Origin: Azolla caroliniana
Taxonomy: Eukaryota; Plantae; Polypodiophyta
Length of the DNA: 64,000 nt
Assembly: GCA_043228905.1 (NCBI GenBank)
Contig: JBHGNT010000008.1
Span: forward strand, 2,852,001 to 2,916,000
Direction: 5' to 3'
Shown here: in pieces, positions 11,701-25,168 of the stretch
How positions within the stretch are numbered: the stretch's first letter is position 1
Layout: every line of letters starts with the position of its first letter
Notes under the pieces: model-generated
Told to the model about the DNA's origin: nothing
What the model saw: only the letters and a program-made list of their open reading frames with translations
The model's database searches: none
Program-made: the position numbers and the translations under genes

Positions 11701-13705
11701 CAGCCCTCTCTTCATCTGTGTGCGATGAGTCGGCCCTCTTTTTCGATGAAGCAACCGCCTTGATTAAATCGAACTTGCATCCCTTGCTCTACAATTTGGC
11801 CGACAGAGACCAAATGCTTCGTAATGGTCGGTACATGCAAGACATTTTTAATGTAATTTTGCTTACCTTGTTTTTTGAATGGAACATTGCCGATGTGCCG
11901 AATCGGGTGCGTAGTGTCATCCCCGGTTTCAACATAGCCGGGTCGGTCCGACTCTCGAAGTTCTCAGAACCATTCTTGATGCGATGTCATATGGTTCGAG
12001 GCACCAGAATCGACGAACCATACGTCTTCCGGACTGGAGGCACTAGTTGAGGTAGCGGCTGACATACAATTTGCTCTATGTTTCATCATGAACAGTCCGC
12101 CACGGTCGGAGTTGTGTGCATACATTCCGCTACGATCTTCGTAGTCAGAGTTGTGCCCATACATTCCGCCACGATCGGAGTTGTGTGCATACATTCCGCC
12201 ACGATCTTCGTAGTCAGAGTTATGCCCATACATTCCGCTATACTCTTCGTAGTCGGAATTGTGCGCGTAATTCGTGAGTTGTCGGCTTGTGGAAGCCGAT
12301 TCACGCATCTGCTTTCGGCACTCTTCTTTGTGGTGGCCGAGCTTTCCGCAATATCCGCATTTGGTTGCGTTTTGACGGCTCGGGCCGAAGTGGAAGCTCC
12401 CCCTTCCTGCAAAGATTCCTCGTTGGCTTCCGTTTTGTGGCCGAAATTGGGAGTTGTTGTTGTAAGTCGAACCTCGTCCGCCTTGTCCTTGGCCGAATCG
12501 GCCTCTCGCTTGTCTACGTCCTCTTCCTCCGTTCGAGTGCATGTAGAGCATGTGGCCTTCTAACTCATTGCTCCTTGTACGCACGTGGTTTTCTTCGACC
12601 AATAGCATTGATTGGAGCTCGAAGAAGGAGGGAGATTTCTCCCGTGCTAGTACGGCGGTTCGCATTGCGCCGAATCGTGGTGCGAGGCCGCCGAGGCATA
12701 TTTGAACCATCTCATCATCATTGATATTTACGCTTATTGAGCCGAGCGAATCGCAAAGCTCCTTGATCTTCGAGGTGTATGTCGTGATGGACATGTCCCT
12801 TTGTTGAATGTTGTTCAACTCTTGGCGGAGTTGAAGCCTTTTTGCGGTTGTGTTCCCCGCGAAAATCTTTCATAGATTTTCCCATGCCTCCTTCGGCGTC
12901 TTGGCTTCGCGAATGTAGCTGAGCATGTGATCGTGAACACATGTTGCCAAGCAATACATCACGTGGCTTGTGGCTTGCTCCCATGTCACGTATCCGGGAG
13001 CCGCTTCGACGGGTCGGTCTTCATGCGCTCCTTTGATGTAGCTCCAATAACCTTGTCCGACAAGGTATTGGTGCATCTTGTGCTCCCAAGATGCGAAGTT
13101 GTTTCGATCCAACTTCTCGGTAGGGAGAGCACTCCCCATTTGAGTATTCATTATGTTGATTCTTCTTCTTCTTATTCTCTCTTCGAATGCGGGCTATGTA
13201 GCGAAGCTACGATAGCGATGAGCCGGTTCTTGGTCGTCGGCGTGGAGCACAACACACGATCACGATGAGGCGAATGGGCTAGATCGAGCTACCAAATCGC
13301 TTTGATACCATGTAAAGAATCATATATCATTCTTGTGAAGCGGAAGAGATATGAGTTATGTGTGTGTATGAGAGAGAGAGTGAGTGAGTGAGAGAGACAA
13401 GGAATAAGACACAGAGAATATGCAAGGTAAGAGTATATTAACAAAGGAGAAAGACTCAACACAATACAAGGTGGGAGGAGGGTGCTTTATATAGTCACCC
13501 TCTCTCTTGATTAACTACAAGGCTCATGGAGCATGGGGAATGTGAAAGCTCATAAGTTATGTGTCATAGAATATGATTCTATGACTCATACTAAATGCTA
13601 GAATACAAAGAGGTGACTTAATGGTGACTCTTGACCGTTGGAGTGTCTATTCACTCTCAAGGTAAGTTCACACACACTAGACCAAGTTGAACTTGATTCT
13701 CAACA
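8716..13705 (-). mobile_element. Older degenerate Ty1/copia element; its 3' LTR is displaced by the gypsy-like insertion
   Basis: Fragmented gag-pol on the minus strand, PBS TGGTATCAAAGC at 13299-13310, LTR starting TGTAAAG at 13311. The outer LTR end is uncertain (13705, 13740 or 13822). Confidence 0.88.
8774..13151 (-). pseudogene. Disrupted copia gag-pol
   Basis: Fragments: Gag (EKLDRNNFASW), CGYCGKLGHHKEEC, FVDSGASNHM, LWHKRISH, HFDVWGP, QMDVKNAFLQG, LFGLKQAPRAW, YTDADWAG, HIEVQYHF..PSLRGS. Multiple stops and frameshifts. Confidence 0.9.
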
Positions 13706-15246
13706 GTCCCCCTTTAATGACCCACGTTTAGGGTTTTACATAGTTGTAGTCACGTGAGGATGAGTGAGAGCATGGCTTTAATTAGTTCGCGTGCATTCGT
13801 AGATTATGGACTATACTCAACACAGACAACATATTAGAATTTTATCACAATAAAACATTAAACAATGCCAAATGGCTTTGCTATGTCAAAGTTGAAGCAA
13901 ACATGATATCCATTGTTCGAACTAGGTGAGATGACTTATACGTAGTGAAGACCTCGTAACAAACATTTGATGAATGTGTAGATAATTAAAGTCAATGTGG
14001 AAAATGGAAATTGTTGACCATCGATAAACAATCACGCGATTTAACCAACAAAGGAGGGAATTTGTTTTGTCATATACATGTACAGAAGCCTTAGTTAAAA
14101 GTATTCTTTCAATGTTTAGTCTGTTAACCAAACCAAGTGCCATCTACTTCAATATCATTGTACATTGACAAGTGCATTATATTGAGCGATTTGTGCATGA
14201 TATAAAGAGCAAAACAAATGTTATTACGACATTCACATGTGGTATAGTGACATTAATACACTAATTCTCAGAGATAACACAACTCCATACAAAAAAGCAA
14301 GTTAGTGTCTTTTGTAGAGGAGGCTTGTTGAAATACAAGCACAACTTTGAGAAGACATGTGAGCATGGTCTCTTCACTTACAACGTTGCTTAAGAGGTTC
14401 TTGAAGCTCCTAAGCACACTATGGTTAAATACAACATTTGGGTAGAGCAATTAAAAATTACCTCGTAGTCATTGTCTCTACAAGGGGTACAAATTCAGAG
14501 AGAAACGACAAAAGGACAACACACACAACCCATAAGCTAGCTAATGATATGATGGATCATGGATATGCAAAAGCTCGATTTTCTCTTGACGATTTACTAC
14601 TTCACTCTTGGATCTCTGTCTCGAAAAAAGAATTATAGAGTATCAAATGTCATTGGTTCCCCCTACTTCGTGGCAATCCCATAAGCCCCGTGGCTCCCAG
14701 TACGTCGTGTCAATCTCTTGACCTTAAGGGGGCAAGGACGGATCTTCAATGGGAAGTCAAGTGATTGGCCATGCATGTTGCCCTTGTGCCTCGTGGGTTG
14801 ACAAAACTACTCATATCTTGACAACAAATAGGTTTGTAAGTTGGCGAAACGGGATGTATGGTCAAGACCGGGCGAGGCATGAAGAATGGACAATTTGTCT
14901 CTTGGATGACAATACCCGTGGAATGATGACACGATGTGGGAAGAGCTTCTTACCCTATATACAATCAAGAGGCTCGAAGCAATGGCGCCCACCCCATGTT
15001 TGGCAGTTTGAATGTACTATGTACGAGAAAGAGATGGAGGCAAAGAATGTTAAGAGCGAGATTTGGCGAGCGGGTTGGCAGGAACGAAGCATTGATTCAA
15101 AAGAAACAAAGTGTAGTTCTTGTTATTGGGTCGGAAGTTTGGAATCAAGGAGAGAGAGGCAGAAGAAGCCTCAAGAAAGAAACACACTAAAACACAATGA
15201 GACTCATCATCATATGTATGTATGCATGCATGCATGATCATGCATA

Positions 15247-15498
15247 GTACGTAATATTCGTGTTCGTTAGACCAAACATTCGTGCCACACGTATGTAAAC
15301 GAATGCGTATGTAACCAAAACATTCGTGTGCTTTCTGTTTTAAAACACTTTTTACCTTAACTTACCTTAACTTTCTTACCCTAAAAAAAAGTTGCCTTAT
15401 AATAAGTAATGAGTGCAAAAGTATGGTATTTTACCATACGTGGAGAGTGTTTTCGTACGCGAATGACAGAAGAATGCGAATGCACGAATGTTTCATAC
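15247..15498. mobile_element. Candidate MITE in the CCT7 promoter
   Basis: Imperfect 16-bp terminal inverted repeats (GTACGTAATATTCGTG vs reverse complement GTATGAAACATTCGTG, 13/16), flanked by TA on both sides, with internal ATTCGTG sub-repeats. Confidence 0.4.
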
Positions 15499-15746
15499 TA
15501 CGCATGCATCCATCATCATCTCAAAGAGAAAGAGAAGAAAAAAGAAGAAAAAGAGAGAGAAGAAGAAGCAGAAGAAGAAGAAGAAGAAGAAGAAAAGAGA
15601 GCGCCAACAAAACAGAAAGAAAAACAAAAACAAAAGGAAAAAAAATACACACACACTCTCTCTCTCTCTCTCTCTCTCCTTCTCCCTCCCAAGAAAGAAA
15701 AGAAGAACTCCTGCTGCTCCGCCTGCGTCGTTCGCTCGAAGCATTT

Positions 15747-15754
15747 TTAGGGTT
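15747..15754. promoter_or_regulatory. Telo-box (AAACCCTA on the minus strand) near the CCT7 start
   Basis: TTAGGGTTT ~40 nt upstream of the ATG; typical of plant translation/housekeeping genes. Confidence 0.45.
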
Positions 15755-15792
15755 TCTGCTTGTCTTCTCCTCCTGCGTCGCTCTCTGCACAC

Positions 15793-18700
15793 ATGTCTTC
15801 CATGCTGGTAAGTACTCCGCCTTCTCTCTCTCTCTCTCTCTCTCTGTCCTCTTCTTCCTTCCTTCTTTCTCAGCCTTTTGTCAGTTTTCATTTCTACGCC
15901 TTCCGCCATTCATTCCTCTTCTTCTTTTTTGTCCTCCATTTCTTCCATCCATCCATCCGTTGTTTGTTTGCTTGTTTCATTTTCCCTGCTTCTTTGTTTT
16001 GTTTTCTCTCTTCGGACATAGCCGCGATGATGATGGTAAACCAATCCATCTTCCTCCGTCGCGTCTTCTTCTTTCTAATCCACCCGAGTTCCTTCCATTT
16101 CTTCCGTAATTCATTCTCTTTATCTTCTGCAGTCATAGCCATTTGCTGGCGAGCACTCACTTCTTCTTCATATTTGCCTTTTCTTTCTCTTTTCATGTAG
16201 TTATTCTAGGATTTCTGGCATTCTTCATTATAGTTAAACCCTAGATCATTGCGAGTGTTTCTCTTCTCTGCAAGAGCTTTTCCATAGCCGTGTATATCGA
16301 AATTTGTGTCGCCTTTGCTGCAACTTATGTTTGTTTTTGCTTTTTCGCAACAACTTCACGTTAGTTTTTTCCCGGTTTCTGGAAAGGTCCCATTTTTATT
16401 CTTATTCATAAACAACTTCAGATGACATGTGTGAATTTGATGTGCGGACATTCCATCAATACTCCTTAATGGTTTTCTTTGGCATTATGGATTGTCTTAG
16501 TTAATGAATTAATTTGTTGCTTCGTTGCAGCAACCTTCAATCATTTTCCTAGTGTTCTTAATCTAGCTTTTCATTGTTTTCTTTGGCCACACCGTAAATT
16601 TAGTTTTTAGCTTCTCTAAAGCCACTGCAGGCTATTTATTTTGTAATGCATTTGGTGCAACTTTCAATCACCGTCTTTTCAATGAATGTCTTGCTCTTCT
16701 GGAGATCTTGTTTTTTTTCTTCTTTGTTCGAACATTCATATCCTGTTTCTTGTTCATTTATCCTGCAGATTCAGATTATTCTAAGATACTCTTCAAAGTC
16801 TTGCTCTGGGTTTCCTGTTACTTTCTTGATTTTTGTTTTACATTTTTGGGAGTTCAGTTTTTTGCTTCTTCACAAGTTCATACATTTTATAAGTTCTTCA
16901 ATCTAACATGTCATCACTCTTCTTGATGTTTGTCTTACCTTTCCTGGGAATCTTTGTTTTGTTTTGTTTTCTTGCAGCAACCTCAGATTATTTTGCTGAA
17001 GGAGGGAACTGACACATCACAAGGAAAAGCGCAACTGATAAGCAACATCAATGCATGCACTGCTGTGGTGGACACTGTCCGCACTACTCTTGGGCCTCGG
17101 GGGATGGACAAACTCATCCACGATGAGAAATCCACAACCATCTCCAATGATGGTGCCACCATAATGAAGCTCCTTGACATTGTCCATCCTGCAGCTAAAA
17201 TCCTTGTGGATATTGCAAAATCCCAAGATTCAGAGGTATAACCTTAGCTGCTCTTACATGTTGAAAGAGATAAATTGAAAAAGACGTAGGACCTATTCTA
17301 GTCTTTTGTATACAGATATGCTATTCGTGTAATGATTTAGGTATAATTAATGCAAGTTGACAAAGAGTACCCTGGATGATCGAAAACGTTTTTTGAGCGA
17401 TAAATTGAGAAATACTGTTCACACGTATTATTCATTTGTGCAGCAGTCTCACAAGATTACTGAAACAAATTGAGAAATACTGATTCACCGAAATCTTCCT
17501 AAGAGTATAAATTGAGCCAGAATTAGGCTAGTCTTTGTGTTTAGGCAAGGAAACTAAAAATATTTGATTGAATGAATCGAGAGAGAGTATTGGAATCTGG
17601 AAATGCCACAAACCAGTGTGCAAAATGAAGATTGGTGTTAAGACAATAATATAAGGATCTCATGCAATGTCGAGTTTGTAAGCTTAGTTCATTGGAGTTG
17701 CTTGATGAAGGTAATCCAATGATTTTGCTTCCCTGAAGCAATGAAGGCATTAGCTTCTAAGGGTTGCTAAAAACATTGGTAGTATCAGGGCCCATAAATA
17801 TGACTCCTCGATATTTACTTTACAGATAAAGTACACGTCATTTACTAGCAGTTGAAGAAGGGAGGGGCCTGAAGTAATCTGGAGGGCATTTTTGTCTAGG
17901 ATTCATTGTCAATCCTTCATTTGAACTGATCTGATATTCTGGATAGAAATACTAATAGAGGGATTTGTAATTTCTATTCATCAGTGATATCAAAATTGTT
18001 ATCACTATGCATAACTGAGGTTTATCCTTCTCTTCATCTTGCAGGTAGGGGATGGCACTACCACAGTAGTCCTCTTGGCAGGTGAATTTCTAAAAGAAGC
18101 GAAGCCCTTTATTGAGGAGGGTGTTCACTCACAAACTCTGATCAGGAGTTTCCGAACAGCGTGTAATCTGGTTTGTATATCATCCATAAATATTGTTCTT
18201 TGATGAAGCTGCAATGCAGACATGTGTACAATAGCTTATAATGTTTGTAGATGATCATACATGTTAAACTCTCTAGTTGTGCAACTGTCATTCCTGTAAG
18301 ACTTTAAAAGAGGTCATGCTTTTCCTTTCTTCATTGTATGTAATGCAGGCTCTTGCTAAGATAAAGGAACTTTCTGTCAGCATTGAAAGGAAAAGCTTGG
18401 ATGAAAAGAAATCTCTACTGGAAAAATGTGCAGCAACCACACTCTCTTCAAAATTGATAGGGGGAGAAAAGGAATTTTTTGCTAAGATGGTGGTTGATGC
18501 AGTTACTTCACTCGGGGAGGATGACCGCTTGAATATGATTGGAATAAAAAAGGTAGCATACGAAGCTGGGATGATGTACTCACATTCCTCGTCGCTTTGC
18601 TGATCACTAACATGCATAAATGTGAATTATGTAAGTCTCCTAAAATAACATTACTGATGAAAATTCTGGATTTCCAGGTTCCAGGAGGAACCATGCGTGA

Positions 18701-20989
18701 CTCGTTCTTGGTGAAAGGCGTTGCTTTCAAGAAGACCTTTTCTTATGCTGGTTTTGAACAACAAAGGAAACAATTTTCCAACCCAAAAATATTACTTCTG
18801 AATGTTGAGCTAGAGCTAAAGTCAGAAAAAGAAAATGCAGAAGTTAGGTGAGTTCGGTGTCAATTGAAGCTTTCATGATTCATGTCAGGTATGGGCATGC
18901 CACAGTACGAGCTTGTCAAGCTTGTTTATGAGTAACATGAATCATTGGTCATAGACATACTATAGTTGTTGGCTTTATTTTGAATGTTTTTGAGGCAATA
19001 TCATGCCATCATCATTAGTTCTATGTGGTATTTAGTTTTCTAGTTGTTTGACTCTGACTTATTTATCTCCCCTTCATTGATTCAGTTTTTTCCTTTTGGA
19101 AAACGTATTTCTGTATACATCTGATTTGATCAGGTATATAATCATACTGGATATGGGCTTTTGTGTTTTCTGAATTTGGAGGATGCATACATTTCCAGGT
19201 TATCAGACCCTGCACAGTATCAATCAATTGTAGATGCTGAATGGAACATTATTTATGACAAGCTGGACAAATGTGTTAAGAGTGGAGCAAAGATTGTTTT
19301 ATCCAGACTTGCAATTGGGGACTTAGGTACACAGGTATGTTAGAAAATGCCGCAGAACTGCAAGTAGTATATATTTTTCTTAATGATGCTGTTTTCCTTT
19401 CTGTTTTTGCAATGTGGCTAATTATAAGTAGCTGCTCTAGAAGTGTATTATTTCATATGAATTGTTTTGAAATGAATATATGTAGCTGTATCAGAGAAAA
19501 GGATTTATATGTTTGAATTGAGTGATGGGGAATTGCCAAGCTGGAAAAATATTCTAATATATTTGTCTCAGCTGAGCTGTGCTGAAGACTATGGAAAAAT
19601 CTACAATAATTTCCCATCTATGATGATCCCCAAATTTTGGATATGTAGATGGTACATTATGTTATTCTAGAGCACTAACATGTACCTGTTTTCCAGTATT
19701 TTGCAGATCGAGATGTGTTTTGTGCTGGCCGTGTTCCTGAAGAAGATCTTCAGAGAGTAGCCAGTGCAACTGGAGGCTCAGTGCAAACAAGTGTTAACAA
19801 CATTGTTCCTGAGGTGAGGCACTGGTTTATTCTTGCTGTGTGATAGCTACAAATTTTTTAATCCCTTGGTAACCGGTTGTGTTAATGTGAGGCAGGTTCT
19901 TGGTCAATGTGAAGTTTTTGAGGAGAAGCAGGTGGGAAATGAACGTTTTAATATCTTTAATGGTTGTCCATCTGGGGAAACTGCTACCATTGTTTTGCGT
20001 GGTGGAGCAGATCAGGTGAGGTATCAGAAGCAATCTTTTCTTGTGGGTTATAGTTTGCAAATTTTGTTAATGATCAAAACAATGATTTCTTAGTTCATTG
20101 AAGAGGCAGAGCGAAGTCTTCATGATGCCATTATGATTGTTAGGAGAGCAATGAAGAACTCTGCAGTTGTTGCGGGTGGTGGAGCTATAGATGTAAGATT
20201 TGCTTTTGGCTTTTAGATATTCTACTAGAGTTTATAAGTATTTTATATAGCCAGACATTGTTATTTATGGCCTCTTCCTTTCAGATGGAGCTTAGCAGGT
20301 ATTTGAGACAACATGCACGTACAATTGCTGGGAAATCTCAACTATTTATTAACTCTTATGCAAAGGCTTTGGAAGTGATTCCTCGTCAGCTTTGTGATAA
20401 TGCTGGATTTGATGCTACTGATGTGTTGAATAAGCTGAGGCAAAAACATGCCATCTCGTCAGGTTTGCAGAACTTCCTTCCTGCCTCATCAAGTGGCATT
20501 TAGCTGTTTGTTTATTCGTTGTGGCTAATGGTATTTGCTTTGGTGGTTTAGGAGAAGGTGCTGTCTTCGGAGTGGATATCAATAGTGGAGGAATTATTGA
20601 CACTTTCAGCAATTTCGTGTGGGAGCCTGCTGTTGTAAAGGTGAGTTGAGTTAACTTTGTGCATCAACATTTTTTCCCTCGAGAGTTTGGATTTATCCAT
20701 TACTTATTGATCTATTTGCAGCTAAATGCTATAAATGCTGCAACTGAAGCTGCCTGCTTGATTCTCAGTGTCGATGAGACAATCCGAAATCCAAAAGTAA
20801 GTCATTGTATATTCCTATATATGATAATATGCTGATATGAATTGAGAAATAACTGTAGTCTAATGAGGTTTTCTTTATTGCTTGTGTATGCAGGCTGAGA
20901 GTGCACAAGGGCAAAATGCTGCGAATGCCATGGCTGGGAGAGGTCGTGGTGGATTTAGGGGAAGAGGGCGTGGCATGAGAAGAAGATAG
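15793..20989 (+). CDS. CCT7: T-complex protein 1 subunit eta (chaperonin CCT7), 13 exons
   Basis: GT-AG exons 15793-15807, 16978-17235, 18045-18170, 18349-18552, 18678-18847, 19199-19334, 19697-19813, 19896-20015, 20094-20192, 20285-20462, 20552-20640, 20722-20796, 20894-20989. Motifs [52 protein letters not shown], and an RG-rich C-terminus. Confidence 0.96.
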
Positions 20990-23479
20990 AGTAGGGGAAA
21001 ATATAAAGAAGGGGCATATCCACCAATATTATCATTGGTCTGATGGTTGTAGATTGGTATGTTTTAAAATTTTGTTATCTTGTCAATCAACCTATCAAAT
21101 TCTAAAATTGAGATCTGCCTCTTCAAGTTTTGCTGCATAGAATAGAGATGTGCTCACTAACACTACTCTATAGGCCTGAATTGACTTGGATATTTTGCTT
21201 ACAATTGCATTTTTATGGTAAAAGACAGCTTTATGTGGCCCTTCTATAGTTTGACGGTATATGTTTTTGATTCAGAGCTAGTTAGTTCTCAATATCTTTA
21301 TTTGATTTGCACTAATAAAAAGGTATTCCACTTACTGTTCCTATGTATTTGCACTAATCAAGGTTGTCATTGGTGTTGATCTAAGATGAGATGAGTGCAA
21401 TCATGCCCTCATCTTGGGCATTGTTTTAAGTAAGACACCCTTATGGCAACAGACAATACAGGTTCGAGGTTTGTTTCCTCTGAAAATGCAGAACTATAAA
21501 ATGAGGATATTTGTTACATTGTATTATGTTATGAATAGATGTAGGAATTGGCCGGCCCTTAGCCAGCTCTCAGTTGGCTTTCAGCCCTTCTCCCATAAGG
21601 AGGGACACCAACACATCACACATCACATATTATATATTTGTCATTGAAAAGAAAAGTAAGTATGTCACCAAAGGCTCCTCACCACTAATGCCACTGGAAC
21701 GACAAATTTGCAGTAAAAAATGTCTTGGATATGACAATTTGAGTTCAGAGTTATGAGAATGTTTTCTCATCTATCTGCTTGGTAGTATTTTAAGTGTTTA
21801 TGGCACAAACTTTATTTGAAATGTCAAGGTTAGAATTCAATCTGTCTAGAGGCAGCAATGCAGTAGAGATTCACTTATGTGTCATTGTAGACATCTATGT
21901 AGAATTTGAGTACCAGAAATGTTTATCTTCGGTACAAGCTTGATCTGAAATGCCAAGGTTAGGACTGAAGTTAATACACGAGTTGTTGTGTCATGTTGTT
22001 TTAATACATACACCAGTTTTATGAGAAAAATATGAGAAATAATGGATTTGTTGAATCATGCACTATGGTGATGAAGCTTAGATGGTGACCTAAATAGGTG
22101 TCTTGAATCTGGGAAATACTATATAGAGTCCTTAAAGAAGGTTCTTGCTATAAAGGGACCCTAACTTGGTAACACAGTTTTCAATTAGAGCTTTGAAATG
22201 AACATCCATGTAAATAATCTTCTAGGCTTTATTGTGGGAGTATAATGAGTGAACAATTGCTTGAGATGAAAGGCAACAAACCCACTATCTTTGTTGAAGA
22301 CAATGTCATCACAAGCTCAAAGCAAATGCTTGCATATAGAGTCACAATATTGACAGAATAATTTCCTTGAGTCAATGTTCCCAACCAGATCTCTACTTTG
22401 CAATTATCGGTTTGGGTTTTGTTCAAAAGCTTATCAATAAACACATAGTATGAAGCTAACATATGGCATAGTCCACACTAACTTCCAAGATGGTTTGTCA
22501 CCGCCTATGGTTATTTTGGAGTTCACAACATATAGGCATTGTTTATTCCTTGAATCGGAGACAAAGGAAGTTTGTAAGGGTTGTTGTAATTAACATGATC
22601 TTATCATTGTCTATTATTTGCATCCAAGAAAGAGGAGGTTCCCAAGATTTGTTTTCATTATTGATCAAGCTAACAACCTTCAATGTTCACATGACATGGT
22701 CACCATCTATTCCTTGCGTCTGCAAAATGAGACGTTCAAAATGCTAATTTGTTTGCCACACAATATATTTGAGAATCAAGGGAAATTTCTCTCAATGCAC
22801 ACCTTCATTTGGTTGTCATTATTGTTGCGATTGTGCAAGCTTCATATGAAGATCACTTAATGTGCAAAGGAATATGTTCACAAGGTCATACCACACATAT
22901 TTGAGGGTGTTATTGATAAAGGCAATCCCCTAAAACATATTGTGTTGCGTACAATGTGCTATGTGGTATATTATTTGAGTGCGGGATTGGGCCATTCCTC
23001 AATACCTACATTCACTATTTGTGTCACATGATAACATATCCTTAGCTTTCATGATCAAAATATAGACTTATTGTACATGATTGAATCATCATCTATCCCT
23101 CTGACACGGATGAGGTCCATAAGGTTTGCATTTATTAACATTATAAACACTTATTACATACATTAGAATTTCAAAAAGTATGGTTATTTGTTTTTTAAAC
23201 TACCTATATATGCCCAGTCAAAGTGGATTATAATGACACACAATTAGCAAATTTTGCTTGTAAATTATCTCAACTAGGAGTCACGACTTTCTAATCACAA
23301 TCCTAACGTTTGTATTACACTTTTGATTTTGCTAACTGGAACATTCACATTTCCTAGTTTAAGAGTGATAGTAATTAGAATAATGTATTTTGGCAAGCCT
23401 CATTTTGTAGCTATTGTGAGTTACTTCTCGAGAAACTTATAAAGAACTTGCTTACACTAAAGTATTTGTGAAACTTTAA

Positions 23480-24300
23480 TTGTCACGTGAATAGGAACCA
23501 AAGAACTCAAACTAAGTAGATGGACTCAAAACTTAATCGTCAAGCTAATAGGAAACAAAACGATGACCAAGCAAATGAACTCAAAACCTTAATTCTCATA
23601 CGTTGAGAACCGAAAGGAAGACAAAGAGGATGGATTCGGATCTTAATCGACACACTATGTAATTGTCACACTACTAGGATTTGGAACGACAACCAAGTAG
23701 ATGGACTCAGACCTTAAACACCACATGTTCAACAACCGAAATGACAACGACCAAACATATGGACTCAGACCTTAAACGCCACATGATCGACAATCCGAAT
23801 GACAACCACCAAACATATGGACTCGGACCTAAAATGCCACATGATCGACAATCAGAATGACAACAACCAAACATATGAACTCAAACCTTAAACCCAAACA
23901 TGATCAACAATTGGAATGACAACAACCAAAGAGATGGACTTGTACCTAAAATGCCACATGATCGACAATCGGAATGACAACAACCAAACATATGGACTGA
24001 AACCTTAAACCCAAACATGATCAACAATTGGAATGACAACAACCAAAGAGATGGGCTTAGACCTAAAATGCCACATGATCAACAATCAGAATGACAACAA
24101 CCAAAGAGATGGACTCAAACCTTAAACCCAACATGATCGACAATCGGAATGACAACAACCAAACATATGGCCTCAGGCCTTAAACGCCAAAAGGATCGCA
24201 TGATCGGCAACAACCAAACAGATGGAATCGGACCTTAAAATGCCAAAGGATCGACATGAGCAGAAAGACGACCAAATGGACGGGACTCGGACTTGAATGA
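23480..24300. repeat. ~58-59-bp minisatellite, about 10 core copies plus degenerate flanking copies
   Basis: Unit ~ATGGACTCAGACCTTAAACGCCACATGATCGACAATCGGAATGACAACAACCAAACAT, starting at ~23701, 23759, 23817, 23875, 23934, 23992, 24051, 24109, 24167, 24222. Confidence 0.9.
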
Positions 24301-24438
24301 ATGGACATCGCAATCAGGAAGCGGAACAAGGATGAGGACCAAGCAGATGCAGGCAATTCGCAACGACGGGGGGTACATAAAGAAGAGAGATCCTTCATGT
24401 ATTTTCTTTTTAGTAAATTTCCATGGATGACCTCCTTG

Positions 24439-24492
<54 letters not shown>

Positions 24493-25168
24493 TTCATGAA
24501 AGGGAGGAGAGGAGGAAGAAGAGGGCATTGAGAAAAACACCATTGTTTTTCTTCTTCTTCTTCTTCTTCTTCTTCTTCTATTGTTATATCTATCCATCCT
24601 CCTCTTTTCTGCCCTTCCTGCCCTTCTCTGCCTCTCTTCTTGCCCAACATACCATAATCCCCTGCTCCCCTGCTCCCAATAGCAGAAACCATGGCATGGC
24701 GTCTTGATTACCATTCTGCATAGGCGGTGAAATCCTGTAAGTTCTGCCCCCCCACCCTCTCTCCGTCTCTCCACTCAAAAATGCTTGTATTTTATTTGAA
24801 TTGCATCATCTGCACTCTGTTACGACTGGGTTTATGGCTAGGTTAAGTTTAGGTATATGTATAAGTATATGCATAGGTATATTTATATGCATATGCATAA
24901 GTATAGAGTTATGTATATGTATATGTGTAAAATAGATATATATTTAGCTGCAGGTATCTATATAGGTATAGGTTTATCTATGAATATAGGCATATATATA
25001 AGTATCTGTATGGATTTAGACTTAGGGTTTAGCAGAAGGATACACGATATCTTGTTTACATGTTAATAGCACGAGTCTATATCTTGGTTGAAAAGATTAA
25101 AATTAACTATGAAATTGGGATTTGTCATTGCTTTTCAGGTCTTTGCCTCAAGTATCAATGCCAAAGTC

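Noticed and set aside
13900-15240. Short ORFs, including 14749-15237
   Set aside because: No recognisable domain or splice structure; probably decayed repeat
15409-16200. Several 90-230-aa ORFs on both strands
   Set aside because: Products of GA/CT/GAA simple repeats in the CCT7 promoter and intron 1
16520-16540. TTGCAGCAACCT mimic of the CCT7 exon 2 acceptor
   Set aside because: Similarity ends after ~12 nt and no coding continuation follows
22200-23000. Possible very old L1 C-terminal remnant on the minus strand
   Set aside because: Only vague motif hints; no TSD or tail identified
23697-24240. Regularly spaced repeats resembling a CRISPR array
   Set aside because: No unique spacers, eukaryotic context, no cas genes; it is a minisatellite
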